Shown: piece by piece, positions 60,345 to 64,000 of the stretch
How the letters are laid out: each line of letters starts with the position of its first letter
Position numbering within the stretch: the first letter of the stretch is position 1
DNA from: a phage
Reading direction: 5' to 3' (one strand)
Length of the DNA: 64,000 nt
Sequence record: PZ583739.1
Notes under the pieces: generated by a model
What the model was told of the DNA's origin: nothing
The model's database searches: none
The model's input: the letters and a program-made list of their open reading frames with translations, nothing else
Position numbers and translations under genes: made by a program

Positions 60345-60370
60345 ATTATAAGTCACATGTTTTAAAGCAA
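60345..60370 (-). promoter_or_regulatory. MotA-box middle promoter upstream of the homing endonuclease gene
   Basis: Minus strand TTGCTTTA, 12 nt, TATAAT, then SD AAGAGGAAAG and ATG. Confidence 0.45.
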
Positions 60371-60388
60371 AAAGGCCCGAAGGCCTTT
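60368..60388 (-). terminator. rho-independent terminator
   Basis: ggcc-ttcg-ggcc hairpin flanked by T-runs, directly after the stop of 60388..60786. Confidence 0.55.
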
Positions 60389-60786
60389 TATTTGAATCGA
60401 AGCTGCTCTAACATTTTAATAGCTTGTAGACGGCCGGCTTCAGTTTTAACCGTAATAATAACATCGCCGCCAGTAACAACGATATCCTCTTTTGATTCCT
60501 GTTCGGTTATTTCAGAATCACATTCCGGGACTTCTTCAAAATATTTAAATTCATCACCAAAAATAAGACCGGTTCCATTACGACTATGGAAAGAAAATCC
60601 AGTTCCATCGATAGTACTAAATTCCGTAACAACATTTGCTTCCATCTTAGTGACTGAAAACTCTTTGGTAGTAACCAAATCAATGATAGAGGTTCCCTGT
60701 TGGTTCAAAATGCTACCAGGCATACCAACATGTTTAAGGAAGCCATCTAAATCTTTAATGTGATAACTCTTTCCAATTTTAAACAT
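60388..60786 (-). CDS. hypothetical protein
   Basis: 132 aa ORF. Confidence 0.45.
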   Translation of the reverse strand: MFKIGKSYHIKDLDGFLKHVGMPGSILNQQGTSIIDLVTTKEFSVTKMEANVVTEFSTIDGTGFSFHSRNGTGLIFGDEFKYFEEVPECDSEITEQESKEDIVVTGGDVIITVKTEAGRLQAIKMLEQLRFK

Positions 60787-60793
60787 AATATCC

Positions 60794-61054
60794 TCATTCG
60801 AATCGGATGGTTGAATTCTTAAACAGCAATCCAGAACAAACAGTTCCTTTAACTTTCTTACCAGTTGGCCCTACGGCCGTAAAGCCTGTGTGTTGGAAAT
60901 CATCTTCAGAGCAACCCAACCAGTTATAACCGGTGATTTGGATTTGTTCATAGCCGTTTGCATCTAATACACGAATGGCATTATCTGCATCAGTACAACT
61001 AGCCAATGAAACCGCCAGTACCAGTGCTGCAATAGAACGATTAATGTATTTCAT
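60794..61054 (-). CDS. small lipoprotein
   Basis: 86 aa; signal peptide MKYINRSIAALVLAVSLASC with lipobox LASC; SD GAGGAT. Confidence 0.55.
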   Translation of the reverse strand: MKYINRSIAALVLAVSLASCTDADNAIRVLDANGYEQIQITGYNWLGCSEDDFQHTGFTAVGPTGKKVKGTVCSGLLFKNSTIRFE

Positions 61055-61060
61055 ATATCC

Positions 61061-61234
61061 TCACTTCAAAAGGTCGTAAAAACCGCCATTAACATGTTTA
61101 GGAGCCGAGACTAACCGAACAGCCAGCCGATGGCAATCAGGACAAACATCATTATCTCTTTCAGAGATTTTCTTGATTTTTTCGTATTCTTTCGCGCAGT
61201 CATTGGATTGACATTTGTAATCATAAAGTGGCAT
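61061..61234 (-). CDS. zinc-ribbon protein (FmdB-like CxxxxC...CxxC), not in the ORF track
   Basis: 57 aa; MPLYDYKCQSNDCAKEYEKIKKISERDNDVCPDCHRLAV...; N-terminal MPxYxYxC pattern typical of FmdB-type zinc ribbons. Confidence 0.45.
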   Translation of the reverse strand: MPLYDYKCQSNDCAKEYEKIKKISERDNDVCPDCHRLAVRLVSAPKHVNGGFYDLLK

Positions 61235-61235
61235 G

Positions 61236-61610
61236 TTATTCCTTAAAGTGTGCTTTCAACATCTGGTAAACGGTCCAGGCTTCAGAGTTATTAGAAATGG
61301 TGATTTTAGTCAAAGGGAATTCGCTTGGTTCAAATGCTTCATCAGCGTCTTCGCATTCATCTTCAGTATCGTCATCTTTTTCTTCTTCAAAGAAACGACG
61401 CTCATCTTCCTTTATGAATATTCTCTCTATTCCACCGGTCGAAAATTCTATCCGATATACATCACCACCTTCAATTCCGACTGGTCTAAATCCTTCACCA
61501 TTGATTATAGCATCAGCTATATTATCATTATCAGAGCATAACAAACGAAATCTGCTTTCAGCAACATTATCTTTAAAATAATACCATTTATCAGTTTCAA
61601 ATTTCAACAT
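61236..61610 (-). CDS. hypothetical protein with acidic C-terminal region
   Basis: Track ORF 61236..61733 overlaps its upstream neighbour; ATG at 61608-61610 with SD GGAAGGA gives 124 aa. Confidence 0.45.
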   Translation of the reverse strand: MLKFETDKWYYFKDNVAESRFRLLCSDNDNIADAIINGEGFRPVGIEGGDVYRIEFSTGGIERIFIKEDERRFFEEEKDDDTEDECEDADEAFEPSEFPLTKITISNNSEAWTVYQMLKAHFKE

Positions 61611-61827
61611 GATAAGTCTCCTTCCAAAAATCTGTGCCATCTTCTGATTCTTCGCGGAACAGCGCATAGCTAGGTAGTTCTGCATCTTTATCTGCGTACA
61701 CATAAATGATGTCAGTGGTACAAAGAAATTCATTGATGTTTTTCTTCACAATCACTTTATCACTTTCAGCAGTGTCCCAGAACTCTTCAGCAGTCAGGGA
61801 AGTGGTCACACAATTTTCATTAAACAT
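61597..61827 (-). CDS. hypothetical protein
   Basis: 76 aa ORF. Confidence 0.4.
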   Translation of the reverse strand: MFNENCVTTSLTAEEFWDTAESDKVIVKKNINEFLCTTDIIYVYADKDAELPSYALFREESEDGTDFWKETYHVEI

Positions 61828-61875
61828 AATATTCTCCTCATTGATAGGGTAATTTTACCCTATCATTTTTATAAT

Positions 61876-62436
61876 TTAGGCACGATGAATATCAGCATAC
61901 TCAACGATAAAGCTTTCAGGAACCACCTTAAAGGTTCCAAGGAACACGATGTTATAGAGCTTAACGCCTTCTTCAACCCACTGGTCTGTGATGTAACCAG
62001 ACATGCTAGTGGTTTCATAAGTACCAAAAGGTTCGTCAACATATTCAAACGGTTTAGGTGAAACAAAAAAGACACCTTTGCCCAATTTCCATTTAAAATC
62101 AACCCCAACATGAGACTGGTCAATGGTTTCAACGTCTTGAGCAATTACGCCACGGATATCATTGCTTTCGCACACATATCCATCATGGGATTCAACTTCT
62201 TCAACCACAGGGAGGTTGGCGGCAGTAATAGCAGTTGATTCCAGGAATTTAGCACGAACATAAGCGAATTGAGTTTCAGTCTGACCATTTTTGGGAATGA
62301 TACGCACCTTTACTTCATTATCAGGATGGTCAACAAAAATATCAGCACGAATACTGACAACCTCAACAAAACGTCCAGCGGCTCTTGAACGAGATTTTTT
62401 GGATACGCGAACGATTTCGCCAGCTTCAACTTTCAT
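61876..62436 (-). CDS. hypothetical protein (paralog of 62516..63268)
   Basis: 186 aa; C-terminal GYITDQWVEEGVKLYNIVFLGTFKVVPESFIVEY parallels GWVTDQWIEDGVELLNVVHAGEFTVVPRSMVVEI of the neighbouring gene. Confidence 0.5.
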   Translation of the reverse strand: MKVEAGEIVRVSKKSRSRAAGRFVEVVSIRADIFVDHPDNEVKVRIIPKNGQTETQFAYVRAKFLESTAITAANLPVVEEVESHDGYVCESNDIRGVIAQDVETIDQSHVGVDFKWKLGKGVFFVSPKPFEYVDEPFGTYETTSMSGYITDQWVEEGVKLYNIVFLGTFKVVPESFIVEYADIHRA

Positions 62437-62472
62437 AATTTTCTCTCTTGGTTAATAAGTTTATTCTCCAGT

Positions 62473-62507
62473 GGGGTCATTATACTCTGACCCCAAGAGT
62501 TTGTACA
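62473..62507 (-). promoter_or_regulatory. early promoter embedded in stem-loop (PeSL-like), near-identical copy of 50721..50755
   Basis: Minus strand TGTACA, 17 nt, TATAAT; ggggtca/tgacccc stem around the -10. Confidence 0.55.
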
Positions 62508-62515
62508 CTTTAAAT

Positions 62516-63268
62516 TTAATTAAAAATTTCAACAACCATGGAACGTGGTACAACAGTAAATTCACCAGCATGGACAACGTTCAGGAGTTCAACACCATCT
62601 TCAATCCACTGGTCTGTTACCCAACCACAAATGGAACTATTAAATGGGCGTTTGATTTGAACTGGTTTGCACAACAAGTCAATAGGGTCACCCAGCTCGC
62701 TAACTTCTTCCAGCAGTACAGATTCACGCGGATAAAGGATAGCTTCAAGATTGTCACCTGATTCATTGACTGCAGTAAATTCAAAGATGCTTTGGTGATT
62801 GTGGTACTTAACTGTTTTAACGGTAAATGGAGCAAATCCAAAAATACCTTTCAGTACCCGCCAACCAGCATTCAATGCATTAGTATTATCAAAATCACCA
62901 TATCCAACAAGTTGATAGGTTTTGTCAACTTTGATAGGAGTTTCTTCAACTTCTTTGAAGAGTTCAATCTCAGCTTCATAAACCGTAATTTTTTCTACTT
63001 CATTTGTATCAAGGCGACGTGCATGTAGAATATATGCTTTATCAAACCAGTTACTTTTTACAAAAGTTTCAACAATAAATTCACCTTCACCTAAAGCATC
63101 AGTCAGAGTATTATACCCAGAAACCATAGCTGCGTTTTGAATAATAGGTTCAATCAGTTGATAAGTTTTGTTAATTTCAATAGTCATATTTTGTTTCTCA
63201 AGTTTTAATGGTTTAATTGGGCGAACATACATACTTACAACATCAAAGTCAATAAATTCTGGTTTCAT
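62516..63268 (-). CDS. hypothetical protein with internal domain repeat (paralog of 61876..62436)
   Basis: 250 aa; two KTYQL-initiated repeats; C-terminal domain homologous to 61876..62436. Confidence 0.5.
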   Translation of the reverse strand: MKPEFIDFDVVSMYVRPIKPLKLEKQNMTIEINKTYQLIEPIIQNAAMVSGYNTLTDALGEGEFIVETFVKSNWFDKAYILHARRLDTNEVEKITVYEAEIELFKEVEETPIKVDKTYQLVGYGDFDNTNALNAGWRVLKGIFGFAPFTVKTVKYHNHQSIFEFTAVNESGDNLEAILYPRESVLLEEVSELGDPIDLLCKPVQIKRPFNSSICGWVTDQWIEDGVELLNVVHAGEFTVVPRSMVVEIFN

Positions 63269-63525
63269 TATGCAACCTTATTGAACATCGCCAGTTGATT
63301 AGGTTGTACAACCATAATTTCACGACGACCTTTTGCGTTTGACACGTTCAGGTAGATGCCTTTGTTCATGTCTGTTTCTTTATCATATACCGCAATTTTA
63401 TTGACAGTAAAGATTTTACCACGAATATTTGTAAATGCACATTCAAACGCTTTGGTCAGACCTGCTTCAGCAGCTTGAAGAGCAGACATTTCATATTGTT
63501 GGCCAATTTCAAAAGAAGTAATCAT
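63268..63525 (-). CDS. hypothetical protein
   Basis: Track start ATG at 63571-63573 lies between the promoter -35 and -10; ATG at 63523-63525 with SD GAGGATAAC gives 85 aa. Confidence 0.4.
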   Translation of the reverse strand: MITSFEIGQQYEMSALQAAEAGLTKAFECAFTNIRGKIFTVNKIAVYDKETDMNKGIYLNVSNAKGRREIMVVQPNQLAMFNKVA

Positions 63526-63556
63526 TTTGTTATCCTCATCAGTAGTTGATGAGATG

Positions 63557-63585
63557 ATTATGTCTCTTTCCATTGGCCTTGTACA
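63557..63585 (-). promoter_or_regulatory. early promoter (TGTACA / CATAAT)
   Basis: Minus strand aaaaagtagTGTACA, 17 nt, CATAATcatctcatcaactactgatgaggataacaaaATG. Confidence 0.5.
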
Positions 63586-63592
63586 CTACTTT

Positions 63593-64000
63593 TTATCGTT
63601 TTTTCGGTAAAGATAACGGGTCTGCATCTTCTTCGGAAGGAACTTCATCTAAACCAAGAGCATAGCGCTGGGCATACTTCAACATCAAAATATCTTTCGC
63701 GCAGTCATGTACCGAATCGTGCGCCACAAATCCATCTAAAGTCCCTTTCGGTAATGGGGTTTCACACATCTTACGGACGAGTGACAGGGCTTCGATGGCT
63801 GTCCTGATATCTCGCTGGTTCCAGAATACAACCGGCTCCAGGTCATAGGTATTCAATTCACGCTCAGGAATCCCCTCATTGCGCTGTAGGTCGCGGATAA
63901 GGTCAACAAATAACGGAAAGTCAAAAGACATTCCACGACACCACATAAGGCTTTCGTATTTGTTAATTCCATTACCATTCAGATAATCAATTGCCTGTTG
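63593..64000 (-). CDS. dexA: DEDDh 3'-5' exonuclease, DexA-like (partial; 5' end beyond window end)
   Basis: Minus-strand frame open to the window edge; C-terminal GFVAHDSVHDCAKDILML resembles the Exo III H-x4-D motif of DnaQ-like exonucleases; T4 dexA lies in this neighbourhood. Confidence 0.45.
   Translation of the reverse strand, partial: QQAIDYLNGNGINKYESLMWCRGMSFDFPLFVDLIRDLQRNEGIPERELNTYDLEPVVFWNQRDIRTAIEALSLVRKMCETPLPKGTLDGFVAHDSVHDCAKDILMLKYAQRYALGLDEVPSEEDADPLSLPKKR

Overview
This window is a T4-like (Tevenvirinae-type) myovirus genome segment with near-complete T4 synteny, read here from uvsY to dexA. It covers the baseplate hub cluster (25, 26 on the minus strand; 51, 27, 28, 29, 48, 54 on the plus strand), alt, DNA ligase (30), rIII, 31, cd, pseT, a spanin pair, alc-like, rnlA, denA, nrdB, nrdA, td, frd, 32, 59, 33, dsbA, rnh, the long-tail-fibre operon 34-35-36-37-38, holin t, asiA, motA, 52, ac-like, stp, ndd, rIIB, rIIA, a fused gene 39/60 topoisomerase subunit, a GIY-YIG homing endonuclease and the 3' part of a dexA-like exonuclease. 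All calls rest on reading the translations and sequence motifs by eye; no database search was run. The ORF track uses TTG/GTG as well as ATG starts, so several starts were moved to the first ATG with a Shine-Dalgarno sequence. Regulatory signals include T4-type late promoters (TATAAATA), MotA-box middle promoters, and a dispersed family of early promoters embedded in stem-loops and conserved leaders (PeSL-like cassettes), plus GC-hairpin terminators with CGAA/UUCG-type loops. I did not find a clearly novel multi-gene system; the most interesting loci are the T2/S16-type adhesin module (gp37 C-terminal autoproteolytic chaperone domain plus gp38 polyglycine adhesin), a NADAR-like gene, a HAD-like gene with a Q/P/G/Y-rich tail, a tandem partial duplication of the alc-like gene, the repeated promoter cassettes, and a lipoprotein/zinc-ribbon/paralog cluster upstream of gene 39. 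No tRNA, rRNA or CRISPR features were seen.
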